NCBI GenBank assembly: GCA_965199955.1
Contig: CBDATQ010000001.1
Coordinates: 768,001 to 832,000, forward strand
Direction of reading: 5' to 3'
Source of the DNA: Spirochaetia bacterium
GTDB taxonomy: Bacteria; Spirochaetota; Spirochaetia; SZUA-6; Bin103
DNA length: 64,000 nt
The translations under genes were made by a program, and so were the position numbers. The notes under the pieces are model-generated. The model saw only the letters and a program-made list of their open reading frames with translations, made no database searches and was not told where the DNA came from. The number at the start of each line of letters is the position of its first letter. Positions within the stretch are counted from its first letter, which is position 1. This document shows positions 39,627 through 50,122 of this stretch, piece by piece.

Positions 39627-40634
39627 TTACTCGGGGAGGAGCCAGGCTGGGCCGGTGAGGTCCACGTCGCGTCCGGTGCCGGCGCTGGCGTAGGCTCCCT
39701 GCACGACGGCCACGTCGGCGGCCGACTCCCAGCCGGCCGGGCCCAGCGGTTTCTCTCCCTGCAGGCGGCGCAGCAGGTCGCGGTAGACCGGCTCGTAAGG
39801 CGCCCGGCCGCCGGCCAGCGGCTCCTCGCGCTCGGCACCGTCCCGTGTCACCAGCCGCCAGCGCTCGTCGTCGAAGGTCACCACTCCTTCCTCGAACACG
39901 TAGTGGGCGTCCAGGTGCCACCACGCCGGGCGCGGCACGTAGCCGAGCTCTTCGTAGTGCATGGACCCTCCCTCACGGTAGCGGACCAACGCCGAGGTGC
40001 ACGCCTCCACCGGGTGCTCGGCCACGTGCGACACCGACGCGCTCACCGTCACGGGCTCAAGACCCGGAAGGCAGGCGCGCGTCTGCGCCAGCCGGTGGAG
40101 ACCCACGTTCGCGAACATCCCGCCGCCGCTGGTGGCCGGATCGAGGAACCAGGCGGGGCGCCCCTCGTGGAAATAGAAGCGCGCGTTGTGATGGACCCCG
40201 CTGAGGAAGCGGCCCAGTGCCCCGTTCCGGAACCGTTCCCCGGTGAGCAGGGCGCCCGGGTGGTAGGCCGCGGTGTCGGTCACCGCCAGGATGCGCCCGA
40301 CGCGGCGCGCCGCCTGCAGCATCGCCCGGCACTGCTCCACCGACACCGCCAGCGGCTTCTCCACCAGCACGTGGCAGCCGGCCTGCAGCGCGGCCACCGC
40401 CACCTCGAAGTGCAGGTAGTGGGGCAGCGCCACCACGGCCACGTCCGCCCCGCCCGCCAGCAGGTCGCGGTAGTCACGGTAGCCGGCCACCCCATACTCG
40501 GCGGCTCGGCTCTGCAGGGCGCGCTCGTCCCGGTCGCACACCGCCGCCAGCCGCAGCCCGTCCTGCGCGGCGATGGCCGGCAGGTGGGCACGGGCGATGG
40601 CCCCCAAGCCGATGAGCGCGACGGTGTAGCTCAC
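39627..40634 (-). CDS. Gfo/Idh/MocA oxidoreductase
   Basis: IGLGAIA, HVLVEKP and SGGGM..N.G.H motifs. Confidence 0.9.
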   Translation of the reverse strand: MSYTVALIGLGAIARAHLPAIAAQDGLRLAAVCDRDERALQSRAAEYGVAGYRDYRDLLAGGADVAVVALPHYLHFEVAVAALQAGCHVLVEKPLAVSVEQCRAMLQAARRVGRILAVTDTAAYHPGALLTGERFRNGALGRFLSGVHHNARFYFHEGRPAWFLDPATSGGGMFANVGLHRLAQTRACLPGLEPVTVSASVSHVAEHPVEACTSALVRYREGGSMHYEELGYVPRPAWWHLDAHYVFEEGVVTFDDERWRLVTRDGAEREEPLAGGRAPYEPVYRDLLRRLQGEKPLGPAGWESAADVAVVQGAYASAGTGRDVDLTGPAWLLPE

Positions 40635-40687
40635 AGGTGCCCGAGCATACCGCGCCGGGCGCTCGGCTCCGTGCTACGCTGCGGGCG

Positions 40688-41788
40688 ATGCGAATCACCA
40701 ACGTCAAGGTCGATCTGTTCGCGTGGAACAGCGAGGTGTGGACGACCGGCGGCGCCACGTTCGGCGGCGCCACGCAACTCGGCGTGGTAAGCGTGGAGAC
40801 CGACGCCGGCATCACCGGCAACGCGTTTCTGGGCAGCTCCCACCTGAGCGGGCATCACCTGGCCGGCCCGCTCGTCGATTACCTCAAGCCGGTCGTCATG
40901 GGCCAGGATCCGCAGGACATCGGCCGGCTGTGGCAGCGGCTCTGGAAGAAGAACCGCCAGGTGTCGATCCAGTCGATCGGCGCGATCGACGTCTGCCTGT
41001 GGGACATCAACGGCAAGGCCGCGGGCCTTCCCATCCACCGCCTGCTCGGCACCTGCAAGGACGCCGTTCCCGCATACTCCAGCACCGCCTTCCACGATAC
41101 CGTGGACGAATACGTCGAGGAGGCACTGCGCTTCAAGGAGATGGGCTGGACGGCGCACAAGATCCATCCGCACGGAGAGCCTGGCGCCGACGTCGAGATA
41201 TGCGGCGCCGTGCGCGAGGCGCTCGGAGACGACTTCATCCTGATGCTCGACGCGATGTGGGCCTTTCAGTATGCCGACGCGCTGCGCGTCGGCCGCGCCA
41301 TCGAGGAGCTCGGCTACTACTGGTACGAGGATCCGCTGGCCGAGGAGGACGTCTACAACTACGTGGACCTGGGGCAGAAGCTCGACATCCCGATCATGTG
41401 CACGGAATACGCTCCCGGCCGGTTTCCTGCCATGAACGCCTGGATCACGCAGCGGGCCACCGACATCCTTCGCGGCGACGTCGCCGTCACCGGCGGCATC
41501 ACGCCGCTCGTTCGCCAGTGCCATCTGGCCGAGGGCTTCGCCATGCGCTGCGAGATCCATCACGGCGGCAACAGCCTCAACAACGTCGCCAACCTGCACG
41601 TGACCATGGCCGTTCCCAACTGCGAGTTCTACGAGTTCTTCCCCTGTACCGGGGCGAACATGTACGGCCTGGTCCGGGACATCGAGGTCGACTCCGCCGG
41701 CATGGTCCACGCGCCGGACGAGCCCGGACTCGGCTATCCGATCGACTGGGACCTGGTGAAACGGGACCACATCGCCACGGTCGAGTAG
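40688..41788 (+). CDS. Mandelate racemase/muconate lactonizing enzyme family
   Basis: AIDVCLWDI.GK, HKIH, LMLDA, WYEDP and PGLG motifs. Confidence 0.9.
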   Translation: MRITNVKVDLFAWNSEVWTTGGATFGGATQLGVVSVETDAGITGNAFLGSSHLSGHHLAGPLVDYLKPVVMGQDPQDIGRLWQRLWKKNRQVSIQSIGAIDVCLWDINGKAAGLPIHRLLGTCKDAVPAYSSTAFHDTVDEYVEEALRFKEMGWTAHKIHPHGEPGADVEICGAVREALGDDFILMLDAMWAFQYADALRVGRAIEELGYYWYEDPLAEEDVYNYVDLGQKLDIPIMCTEYAPGRFPAMNAWITQRATDILRGDVAVTGGITPLVRQCHLAEGFAMRCEIHHGGNSLNNVANLHVTMAVPNCEFYEFFPCTGANMYGLVRDIEVDSAGMVHAPDEPGLGYPIDWDLVKRDHIATVE

Positions 41789-41797
41789 GCCGGCGGA

Positions 41798-42043
41798 TCA
41801 CACGGCGCGGTTGTCGTCGGCGTAGGCGACGTTGCCGTCGACGCCGTGCAGGGTGCCGAGCTGCCAGACGCCCCGGAACAGGCTGCGGCGCCGGGGCGGC
41901 ATCGTCTCCGCGAACACCGGCGACCAGGCCAGCTCGTCGCCGGTGGCCATCAGGTGCCACTGCGCCCACACCGAGTTGTAGCAGGAGAGGGTGTCCGCCC
42001 TCTGCTGGTCGGTGAGGATGAGGAGGATGTTCTGACCGTTCAC
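41798..42043 (-). pseudogene. Sulfatase remnant (N-terminal motif only)
   Basis: NILLILTDQQRADTLSCY followed by unrelated sequence; no CxPxR. Confidence 0.55.
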
Positions 42044-42071
42044 GAAGCGGTCCGCCGGCAGGCGAGGGGAG

Positions 42072-43085
42072 TCAGGCGGCACCGGCTGCCGCGGCCGTGG
42101 GCACCTCCGGGGCGAACTGGTAGTCGGGTTCACTCTTCTGCCGTTCGAGGATCCCGTCGATCTCTGTCCAGGTCTCGCGCAGGCCCCGCGTGCAGCGCGG
42201 CATGTCGTGCCGGATCAGCCGATGCAGGCGTCCGAGCCGGTAGCACGGGACGGCCGCGTACATGTGATGTTCGGTGTGGTAGTTCATGTGCCAGTAGAGG
42301 AATTGCAGCACTGGGCTGAGATAGATCGTCCGGCAGCACAGCCGGAAGTCGCGGACGTTGTCGGTGAGGCCGATGTGCTGCGCCTCGTTGCACAGCCGCT
42401 GCAGCCAGCCGCCGAACACCTTCGGAAAGGTGATCACCAGCGGCACCACCCACAGACCGTGGGCCAGCGCCGCGGCGGCGATAGCCAAGTGCCCGATAAG
42501 CAGGATGCGGTCCCAGGTCTGCCGCACGCGGCGGCGCTCGGTCGCGCTCGGCGGGAACAGGTAGGCCATCCACGAGCCTTCCGGGCCGACGTAGCCGAAT
42601 GCGTTCCGCACGTAGGCGTGCACCTGCGTAGGGATGTAGCTCAGGTTGACGATGCCCCACTTCCAGATGCCCCGCAGGTCGAAGTCGCGCGGCAGCTCCA
42701 CCTCGCGGTCGGCCGGGGGATGCAGGGCGTACTTGTGGTGCTCGGCATGGCTGGCCCAGAACGCGTGATGGCTGTGCCAGCCCAGGAACGCGTAGATCCG
42801 CAGGAACAGCCGGTTGAGCCACATGGTCCGGAACACCGAGTCGTGGACCAGCTCGTGAAAGCCGTTGACGACGAAGTGCCAGACGTGGCCGTTGACCAGC
42901 ACCAGCGCGGCCGTGACGTACCACGGCCAGTGCAGCGAGGAGTAGATCGCCGTTCCCGATGTCGCCGCCAGCACGGCCAGGAATCCCAGGGTCTGCGCGA
43001 ACCCCAGGAGGTCGCTGCGCTGGTTCAGCTCCTTGAGCCGTTCCCGCGGGACCGGGCAGCGGTACCAGTCGATTCGCCTACTCAT
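42072..43085 (-). CDS. MocD-like fatty acid desaturase superfamily protein
   Basis: HELVH, HAEHH and HTEHH boxes; WYRCPV..LNQRSD; paralogue of 20298-21485. Confidence 0.85.
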   Translation of the reverse strand: MSRRIDWYRCPVPRERLKELNQRSDLLGFAQTLGFLAVLAATSGTAIYSSLHWPWYVTAALVLVNGHVWHFVVNGFHELVHDSVFRTMWLNRLFLRIYAFLGWHSHHAFWASHAEHHKYALHPPADREVELPRDFDLRGIWKWGIVNLSYIPTQVHAYVRNAFGYVGPEGSWMAYLFPPSATERRRVRQTWDRILLIGHLAIAAAALAHGLWVVPLVITFPKVFGGWLQRLCNEAQHIGLTDNVRDFRLCCRTIYLSPVLQFLYWHMNYHTEHHMYAAVPCYRLGRLHRLIRHDMPRCTRGLRETWTEIDGILERQKSEPDYQFAPEVPTAAAAGAA

Positions 43086-43145
43086 GAAGGGACCCACTAT
43101 ACCCGCGCCGGGGAGAGGGAAGCCATCGTGCGCACCAGGGAACAG

Positions 43146-43940
43146 CTACGACGTGCCGCCCCACCAGCGGCGGATGCAGTCGGCGTTGTGGCGGGCCACC
43201 GACTCGCGGCTGGCGGCGCTCCAGCCGCTCTCGATGACCGTGATCAAGCCGTCGTAGCCGTGCCGCCTGCACGCGCTAAGAATCGCCGGCCAGTCCTGCA
43301 CGCCGGGCGCGTTCGGCAGCGCGGCGCCCCAGCCCTGCCCGTCATGCACGAGGAACGGCGTGTCGACGCCCGTGGCACGCCGGAACGAATGCACGAGCAG
43401 GTTGCGCATGTGCGGCAGCAGCGACGGAATGCATCCCAGGTAGTCCTCGCCCGCCATGTACAGGTGTGCGGAATCGTAGAGCAGGCCGTAATTGCGATGG
43501 GCGACCTGCGAGAGCAGGCGGCGGGTGCCGGCCACCGTCTGCAGGGCGCTGCCGACGTGGTTGTTGCCGGCCAGCATGACGCCGTGTGCCTGCGCCCGCT
43601 CCGCGGCCTCGGGCAGCCACGCGGGATCCGAGCTGATCTTCAGCAGCCGGCAATCGAGGTCGGCGCAGAGTTCCAGGTAGCGGTCGAGGAACGCGTCCCG
43701 CTCGTCACCGCCGGCAGGCAGTCCGCGTGCGGTCAGGCAGGTCACGGTCAACCCCTCGCCACGGACGATGTCCGCAAGCTCCCGGCGGCGGGCCGGCGGG
43801 GCATCCGGCGCGATCTGGGTCCGGCGAAGCTCCACACCGCCGTATCCAGCCGACCGCGCGATCCGGCAGAACCGGGCGAACGACACCGACTGCGCCCGGT
43901 AGCGCTCCTCGAACAGGAACCCGCTCAGCGCCAGCAGCAC
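43146..43940 (-). CDS. Sugar phosphate isomerase/epimerase (AP-endonuclease-2 TIM barrel)
   Basis: AGYGGVELR, NNH, LYDSAH and GYDG.ITVIE motifs. Confidence 0.75.
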   Translation of the reverse strand: MLLALSGFLFEERYRAQSVSFARFCRIARSAGYGGVELRRTQIAPDAPPARRRELADIVRGEGLTVTCLTARGLPAGGDERDAFLDRYLELCADLDCRLLKISSDPAWLPEAAERAQAHGVMLAGNNHVGSALQTVAGTRRLLSQVAHRNYGLLYDSAHLYMAGEDYLGCIPSLLPHMRNLLVHSFRRATGVDTPFLVHDGQGWGAALPNAPGVQDWPAILSACRRHGYDGLITVIESGWSAASRESVARHNADCIRRWWGGTS

Positions 43941-43945
43941 GGGCG

Positions 43946-45112
43946 CTACGCCATCGCCGCGCGCACCTCTGCGCCGAGCCGCTTGTAGGCGGTGTCGTCG
44001 TGCGCGTGCCCGTAGCGCCACGCGCCCCGCCAGCCGGTCTCCCGCCGGATGTCCAGCAGGTCGACGCAGATCGTGAAGCCCGCTCCGTAGATGGCCAGCC
44101 CGAACGCGTCGCCCTGCGGGGTGGCGGGGGCCATGTCCCACATCAGCCACGTCGGGATGCAGTGGTCGGGGTAGCTCGCCAGGCCCTCGTCTGCCTGCAG
44201 GTGGGTGTCGAGGATGAACGCGATCCGGTGCGCGGCGAGCTTCAGGATCTCCTCCCGGCGGTAGCCGGGCGCGTGGTCGTTCGCCGCCGCCAGGTCGTAG
44301 AACGCGTCGAACTCCTCGCACGGGAACAGGTTGTCGTCGTACCCGGGGTGGTACATCCTGGCCAGCACCGAGTCGATGAGCGTGTCGGCGCGCGGGACCG
44401 TCAGTCCCAGCGGCTCGAGCACGGCGATGATGATCTTGAAGGTGGTCTGGATGCCCCGGCCCCAGAAGCCGGTGCGCGGGTCCTGCCGTGAGTACACCCA
44501 GCGCAGGCACTCCAGCAGCGGGTCGATCGGCGTGGTGCCGGCCAGGTGCCAGTCCGCGAGACGCTTGACCATGCGGCCGACCCAGCTCCAGTTCGGCTCG
44601 ACGCTCGTGATCCACGGCAGGACCCGCTCCGGCTCGTCCTGTTGCGGCCAGTCGGGCGGCGGCGGGATCTGCAACTGGTCGACGCCGTCCACGCCGTAGC
44701 CGCGCAGGCAGCCGTGCGAATACTGGTTCATCGCCTCCTTGTGGGCGGCGGTGGGCGGCCACGGCTCGGCGTCGTCGTCCCAGTTCGGCGGCTTGTAGGC
44801 GAGCAGCGCCGGGTCCTCGTAGCTGCCCGGCGCCACCTGCAGCGACTCGATCCACTCCCGTCCGAGCCGCTGCTGATCGGCGTCGAGCACGCGCTCCAGG
44901 ATGCCCGCCTCCTTGAGCTGTCCCAGGATGTAGTTGGTGGCGGCCACGTTCGCGCTGCGAACGGAATCGACCGCCCAGCTCATCCGGAACGGCGCCTGCG
45001 GGTCGCGCACCCGGTCGGCCCAGCGCACGAAGCCGTCGCTCGCCGCCGTGAGCCGTTCCACGGCTGCCGCCTTCAATCGCTCGAGGTCCTGTTCCAGAAA
45101 TGACGTGTCCAT
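43946..45112 (-). CDS. Hypothetical protein, helical toroid/prenyltransferase-repeat-like
   Basis: GGGAGGA Shine-Dalgarno; RQDPRTGFWG and LQADEGL motifs. Confidence 0.65.
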   Translation of the reverse strand: MDTSFLEQDLERLKAAAVERLTAASDGFVRWADRVRDPQAPFRMSWAVDSVRSANVAATNYILGQLKEAGILERVLDADQQRLGREWIESLQVAPGSYEDPALLAYKPPNWDDDAEPWPPTAAHKEAMNQYSHGCLRGYGVDGVDQLQIPPPPDWPQQDEPERVLPWITSVEPNWSWVGRMVKRLADWHLAGTTPIDPLLECLRWVYSRQDPRTGFWGRGIQTTFKIIIAVLEPLGLTVPRADTLIDSVLARMYHPGYDDNLFPCEEFDAFYDLAAANDHAPGYRREEILKLAAHRIAFILDTHLQADEGLASYPDHCIPTWLMWDMAPATPQGDAFGLAIYGAGFTICVDLLDIRRETGWRGAWRYGHAHDDTAYKRLGAEVRAAMA

Positions 45113-45199
45113 CGCGCCGGCTCGGTCCTCCCGTCAGAGGGGATGATAGTCTCTGCCGGGTAGCATTATTGATCGATACAGCTATATGGTCCACTCGTG

Positions 45200-45478
45200 A
45201 TGAAGACCACGATCGACATTTCCGACGATCTTCTTGCCCGGGCGAAGGAGCTTTCCGCGCGGGAGGGCTCAACCCTGAAGGACTTGGCGGAGGAGGGGCT
45301 GGAGCTTGTCATCGAGCGTCACACGAATCGGTCCAGGGCCTGCATCCGCCCGGTGGTGGTCGACGGCGCCGGACTCTCCGACCGGTTCCGCGGAGCGTCC
45401 TGGGCGGAGATACGGGCCGAGATCTACGGGGGTGAGACCGGAAGCCCCGGCGGTCCGGCACGCGGGCCGAACAAGTGA
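45200..45478 (+). CDS. vapB: VapB-type antitoxin (RHH)
   Basis: MKTTIDISDDLL.RAK..TL..L.EEGL; GTGA overlap with the PIN gene. Confidence 0.8.
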   Translation: MKTTIDISDDLLARAKELSAREGSTLKDLAEEGLELVIERHTNRSRACIRPVVVDGAGLSDRFRGASWAEIRAEIYGGETGSPGGPARGPNK

Positions 45479-45924
45479 TCGCAGTCGACACCAACATCCT
45501 GGTGTATGCCCATCGAGCGGATTCTGAGTGGCACCAGCCCGCCCTTCGGCACCTGACGGGTCTTGCGGAGGGCCATTCGAGATGGGCCGTGCCATGGCCG
45601 TGCGTCCACGAATTCCTGGCGATCGTGACCCATCCGCGGATCTACCAGCCGGCCACACCGCCTGCCTTGGCCATCGACAGCATGCGCGTGTGGCTGGAGT
45701 CGCCGCTCTGTACCGCGATCGGCGAGGGGACTTCCTACCTGGATCGACTCGAGAAGCTGGTCGTGGACGGTGCGGTCGTCGGGGGTATGGTCCACGATGC
45801 ACGAATTGCCGCCATCTGCATCCACCATGCGGTAACGCTCCTGTGGACGGCGGACCGCGATCTCTCCCGATTCGGGGAGATCAAGACCTTCAATCCTTGC
45901 GCGGTAGGCCGGAGTCAGCCGTAG
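45475..45924 (+). CDS. vapC: VapC PIN-domain toxin
   Basis: IAVDTNILVYAH, HEFL..VTHP, HDARIAA and TADRD motifs. Confidence 0.9.
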   Translation: MIAVDTNILVYAHRADSEWHQPALRHLTGLAEGHSRWAVPWPCVHEFLAIVTHPRIYQPATPPALAIDSMRVWLESPLCTAIGEGTSYLDRLEKLVVDGAVVGGMVHDARIAAICIHHAVTLLWTADRDLSRFGEIKTFNPCAVGRSQP

Positions 45925-45980
45925 AAGCGGCGCGAACGAGCGCGCCCCGACCTGCGGAGCTCCTCGCCTAGCTATCCTCC

Positions 45981-47035
45981 ATGCGGCACGAGTCCCCGTG
46001 GCCGATCGGCCCCGCCGACGTCGATGGCCTCTTGTACGACATCCGTCCCCTGCGCGTGGCGGTGATCGGCGACTTCTGCCTCGACGTCTATCTGGTGCTC
46101 GATCCGGCCGCCGCCGAGGTCTCCGTCGAAACCGGCCTGCCGACCCGCCCGGTCGCCGAGCAGCGCTACTCGCTCGGCGGCGCCGGCAACGTGGCGGCCA
46201 ATCTTGCCGCGCTCGGCTGCGCGGAGGTGTGCGCCTTCGGCGTGATCGGCGATGATCCGTTCGGGGCGGAGATGGCGCGCATCCTGCGGCGTAGCGGGAT
46301 CGACACCGGCGGCTTGCTGATCCAGGGCGCTGAGTGGGACACCTGCACCTACACCAAGGTGTTCGAAGCGGGTGAAGGTGAGCAGCGCGAGTCCAACCGT
46401 ATCGACTACGGCACCTCCAACCGGCTGCGGCCGAAGACCGCGGACCATCTGGTCGCGCGGCTCGCCGGCGTGCTGGCGGACGGGCTGGTCGATGCCGTGG
46501 TCATCAACCAGCAGGTGCGGAACGGCGTACACACCGGGCGCCTGCGCCGCTGCCTGCAGGATCTGATCCGCCGACACCCGAAGACGCCGTGGGTCGCCGA
46601 CAGCCGGCACTTCGCGGATGCCTTCGCGGGCACCGTCCGGAAACTCAACGAAGCCGAGGCCGCGGCCGTGGCGGGAGGCGCGCTCGCCTCAGGCGGCCCG
46701 GCCCGGCCCGGCCCGCTCCCGCGGCCGCGTGCGAGCTGTTCCGGCGCTGGGGGAAGCCGGTGTTCGTGACCCGCGGGGCCCGTGGCTGCCTGGCCTGCGC
46801 CGCTGGCGGGGTGATCGAGCTGGCGGCGCCGAGTGTGCCGGCCGACGTGGACCCGGTCGGCGCGGGCGACGCGTTCCTGGCCGGCCTTGCGGCTGCTCTG
46901 GCGGCCGGCCGTGAACCGGGTGTGGCAGCGGCGTTCGCGGGACTGGCTGCCGGCGTCACCGTCACCAAACTGCACCGCACCGGCACCGCCTCGCCCGGCG
47001 AAATACGCGAGCTGGCGCGTCGGCAGATTTGGTAG
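45981..47035 (+). pseudogene. PfkB/RfaE(HldE)-like sugar kinase, frameshifted
   Basis: VIGDFCLD and LGGAGNVAANL in one frame; VTRG and DPVGAGD in another; break near 46720. Confidence 0.8.
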
Positions 47036-47112
47036 TGAGCGACCTCGAAGCGTTCGGCGCCTTTCTCCGCGACCGCGCCAGCGGCGGGATAGCGTCGCCG
47101 GCGGAACCTCTT

Positions 47113-48183
47113 CTACCGGCCGGAGGTCGCGCCGTCGGGCGGCAGCCGGCGCTTGCGGCGCATGCGTTCGTAGGACTCCGGCGTGCCGTCGTGGAACGAG
47201 CCGAACCGCCGGTCGAACGGGATGCCCGTGGTGCCGTAGTTGCACTCGAAGTGGCGATGGTGCAGGTAGTGGAAGTAGTTGTCGATCGAGATCCGCGTGT
47301 CCGAGTCCTTCTTGAGGACGAGCTGGTCGAACCCGGCATGCCCCACCGCAGGACCGATGGCGGGACGCTGCATCAGGTACAGCATGTGGATCGGGTGGGA
47401 CGGAACCACCAGCAGGATGATCCAGCGCGTGAAGTAGAGCAGGTGCTCGATCGGGTGCATGGACAGCCCCGACCAGGGGCCGACGTTGGTGTTGCGATGG
47501 TGCAGGTAGTGCGCGGCCTTGTAGAGCGGCTTTCAGTGCGTGATGCGGTGGACGACGTAGAAGTGAAAGTCCTGCCAGAAGGGCAGGACCAGGAAGAACG
47601 CGAAGTGCCACACGGGATTGGCGCGCAGAGCGGCGAACGGCAACACGCCGTGGCCGTAGGCCCACAGCAGCAGCACCTCGTACAGCGTCCAGATGGTGGC
47701 GCCGCTGGCGATGCTCCAGAACATGTTGTCCCACGTCTGGTTGTTGAACAGGAACGCCTTGCTCTTCGTGCTCGGCCAGCGCTTGTTGTACTTGAAGCGG
47801 GTGTCCTGCGTGCGCCGCCAGTACAGGATCACGTGCCAGACGCCGGCGAGCACCAGCAGCATCGCCACGTTGCGCGCGTACATCGGCAGGATCCAGTCGG
47901 CGCGCAACTGCGTGAAGGTCGTCAGGTCGTGCGCGCCCGGCTGCAGGAACCGCCAGGTGACCCAGGCGAGCCCGTAATAGAAGGCCGCACCGAACGGCCA
48001 CAGGAATCCCGGAAACCCGATCAGGAAGCGCAGCAGCTTCGCAGGCTGCGGCGGCCAGACGAAAGGCTGGCCGGCCTGCAGCACCCTGGGCACCCATTCG
48101 CCTCTGGAGTCCCGCGTCGCCGCGCCGTCGTCGACGCGAGCGGTGACTTCTTCCGGAGCCCGAGCCTGAACGGTATCAGCCAT
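47113..48183 (-). pseudogene. Sterol desaturase family with a single in-frame TGA
   Basis: HRITH*KPLYKAAHYLHH; both halves share one frame; paralogue of 25357-26366. Confidence 0.8.
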
Positions 48184-48241
48184 CAGCACACCATGGTCCG
48201 CATGGGCCAAGCTGTCAACGACGCGCAGGGCGGTGCCCGGC

Positions 48242-48994
48242 TCAGACGGCAGTGAATCCCCCGTCCACGGGAACGACGGCCCCGTGCACCATGTCGGCCA
48301 GGTCGCTGAGCAGCCAGGCCACCGCGTGCGCCACGTCCAGCGGCCGCGCGAACCGGCCGCGCGGTATGCGGGCCATCATCGGCTCCCGCCTGGCCGGGTC
48401 GCTCCACGCCAGATCCGCCATCGGCGTCAGCGTGACCGTGGGATTGACGGCGTTGACCCGGATGTCGTGCGGTCCCAGCTCCAGCGCCATCACGCGGGTG
48501 AGTTGGTCCAGGGCTCCCTTGGAGGCGCCGTAGGACGCATGATCGGCCAGCCCTCGCATCGACGCCTGGCTCGACAGGTTGACGATCGCCCCACCGCCGC
48601 GCGCGATCATGCCGCGGGCGATCACCTGGGTGACGATCAGGACGGCGCGGACGTTGACCGCCATCGTCGCGTCGAAGGCGTCGGCGGTCGTCTCCAGGAA
48701 CGGCTGCGGAATGGAGATGCCGGCGTTGTTGACCAGCAGATCGGCATTCCCGGCCTGTTCGGCGGCCCGCCGGGCCTCCCGCGCATCGCTCAGGTCGGCG
48801 AGGATCGTGCCGCAGCCCGTCTCCGCCTGGAGGGTTTCCAGGTCCTCCGCGGTGCGGCTGAGCGCCGTGACCTGCGCCCCGAGCTCGCCGAGCAACGCGG
48901 CGATCTCGCGCCCGATCCCCTTGCCCGCGCCCGTCACCAGCGCGCGCTTGCCGCGGAAGTCGATCTCCATGGTGCCCATCTTCCCGGCCGTCAT
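48242..48994 (-). CDS. SDR, L-xylulose reductase (DCXR)-like
   Basis: [22 protein letters not shown] and VNPTVTLT.M motifs; ATGA-coupled. Confidence 0.8.
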   Translation of the reverse strand: MTAGKMGTMEIDFRGKRALVTGAGKGIGREIAALLGELGAQVTALSRTAEDLETLQAETGCGTILADLSDAREARRAAEQAGNADLLVNNAGISIPQPFLETTADAFDATMAVNVRAVLIVTQVIARGMIARGGGAIVNLSSQASMRGLADHASYGASKGALDQLTRVMALELGPHDIRVNAVNPTVTLTPMADLAWSDPARREPMMARIPRGRFARPLDVAHAVAWLLSDLADMVHGAVVPVDGGFTAV

Positions 48995-50031
48995 CCCGCG
49001 CCCAGGTCGATCTGGACCTTGACGCTGGTCGGCGGCATGGCGCACGCGTAGTCGAAGGCACGCACGCTCTGGCCAAAGGCGAACGTGTCGGTGATCAGGG
49101 GCTTCACGTCGATCCGGCCGCCCGCCATCAGCGCCAGCGCGCGCGGGTAGACGTGGGCGTAGCGGAAGACGGTCTCGATGCGCGCTTCCTTGACTTGGGC
49201 CGCCACCACGTCGAAGGCGACCGGCTCTCCCGGCATGCCGATCAGGACCACCCGGCCGCCCGGAGCCAGCGGTTCGAGCATGCCCGCGGCCGCCGCCGGG
49301 CTGCCCGAGCACTCGAACACGATGTCGGCGCCCCAGCCGTCGGTGAGGCCGGCGGTCACCTCCGCCAGATCCTCCTGCGCGGGGTCGACGGTCGTCACCG
49401 GACCGAGCGAGGCGGCCAGCTCCCGCTTGGGCTGCGCGGGGTCGGCGATCACGATGCGGCTGCACCCGCCGGCCAGCGCCGCCAACGCCGTGACCATGCC
49501 GATCGGGCCGGCGCCGATCACCACGGCAGCGTCACCCGGCTGGATGCGGGCCTTGTTGGCGGCGTGCATGCCGACCGCCAGCGGCTCGACCATCGCCGCC
49601 TCGCCGAAGCCGACGTTGTCGGGAATCCGGAACGTGAACGCCGCCGGATGCACGACCGTGGGGCGGAGCACGCCGTGCACGGGCGGCGTTGCCCAGAAGC
49701 GCACCGCGGGATCGAGGTTGTAGATGCCCGGCCGGGATGCCTTGCTTGTGGGGTCGGGGATGCCCGGCTCCATGGTCACGCGATCGCCCGCCTGCAGGTG
49801 GCGCACCGCGGTGCCCACTTCGACGACGACGCCGGCGGCCTCGTGCCCGAGCACCATCGGCGCGTCCACGACGAACGGCCCGATCCGACCGTGCTGGTAG
49901 TAGTGCACGTCGCTGCCGCAGATCCCGACGGTATCGATGGCGATGCGCACGTCGTCGGCCGCCAGCGGCTCATCCAGATCGATCTCGCGCAGGGCGAGTT
50001 GATGTTTCCGCTCCAGCACCAGCGCTTGCAT
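48991..50031 (-). CDS. Xylitol/sorbitol dehydrogenase (MDR)
   Basis: [20 protein letters not shown] and GAGPIG motifs; lacks the structural-Zn cysteines. Confidence 0.85.
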   Translation of the reverse strand: MQALVLERKHQLALREIDLDEPLAADDVRIAIDTVGICGSDVHYYQHGRIGPFVVDAPMVLGHEAAGVVVEVGTAVRHLQAGDRVTMEPGIPDPTSKASRPGIYNLDPAVRFWATPPVHGVLRPTVVHPAAFTFRIPDNVGFGEAAMVEPLAVGMHAANKARIQPGDAAVVIGAGPIGMVTALAALAGGCSRIVIADPAQPKRELAASLGPVTTVDPAQEDLAEVTAGLTDGWGADIVFECSGSPAAAAGMLEPLAPGGRVVLIGMPGEPVAFDVVAAQVKEARIETVFRYAHVYPRALALMAGGRIDVKPLITDTFAFGQSVRAFDYACAMPPTSVKVQIDLGAG

Positions 50032-50122
50032 ACGCCCTCCTCCGTTCGCGTGCAGGATAGCATCGGACTCAATCGATATCCTTGGAGTTGACTGCGGGGA
50101 GCCGGGCGGTCACTGTGATCGA

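Noticed and set aside
47533..47535. Alternative genetic code (TGA = Trp)
   Set aside because: TGA is the normal stop for many genes here, including ATGA/GTGA overlaps.
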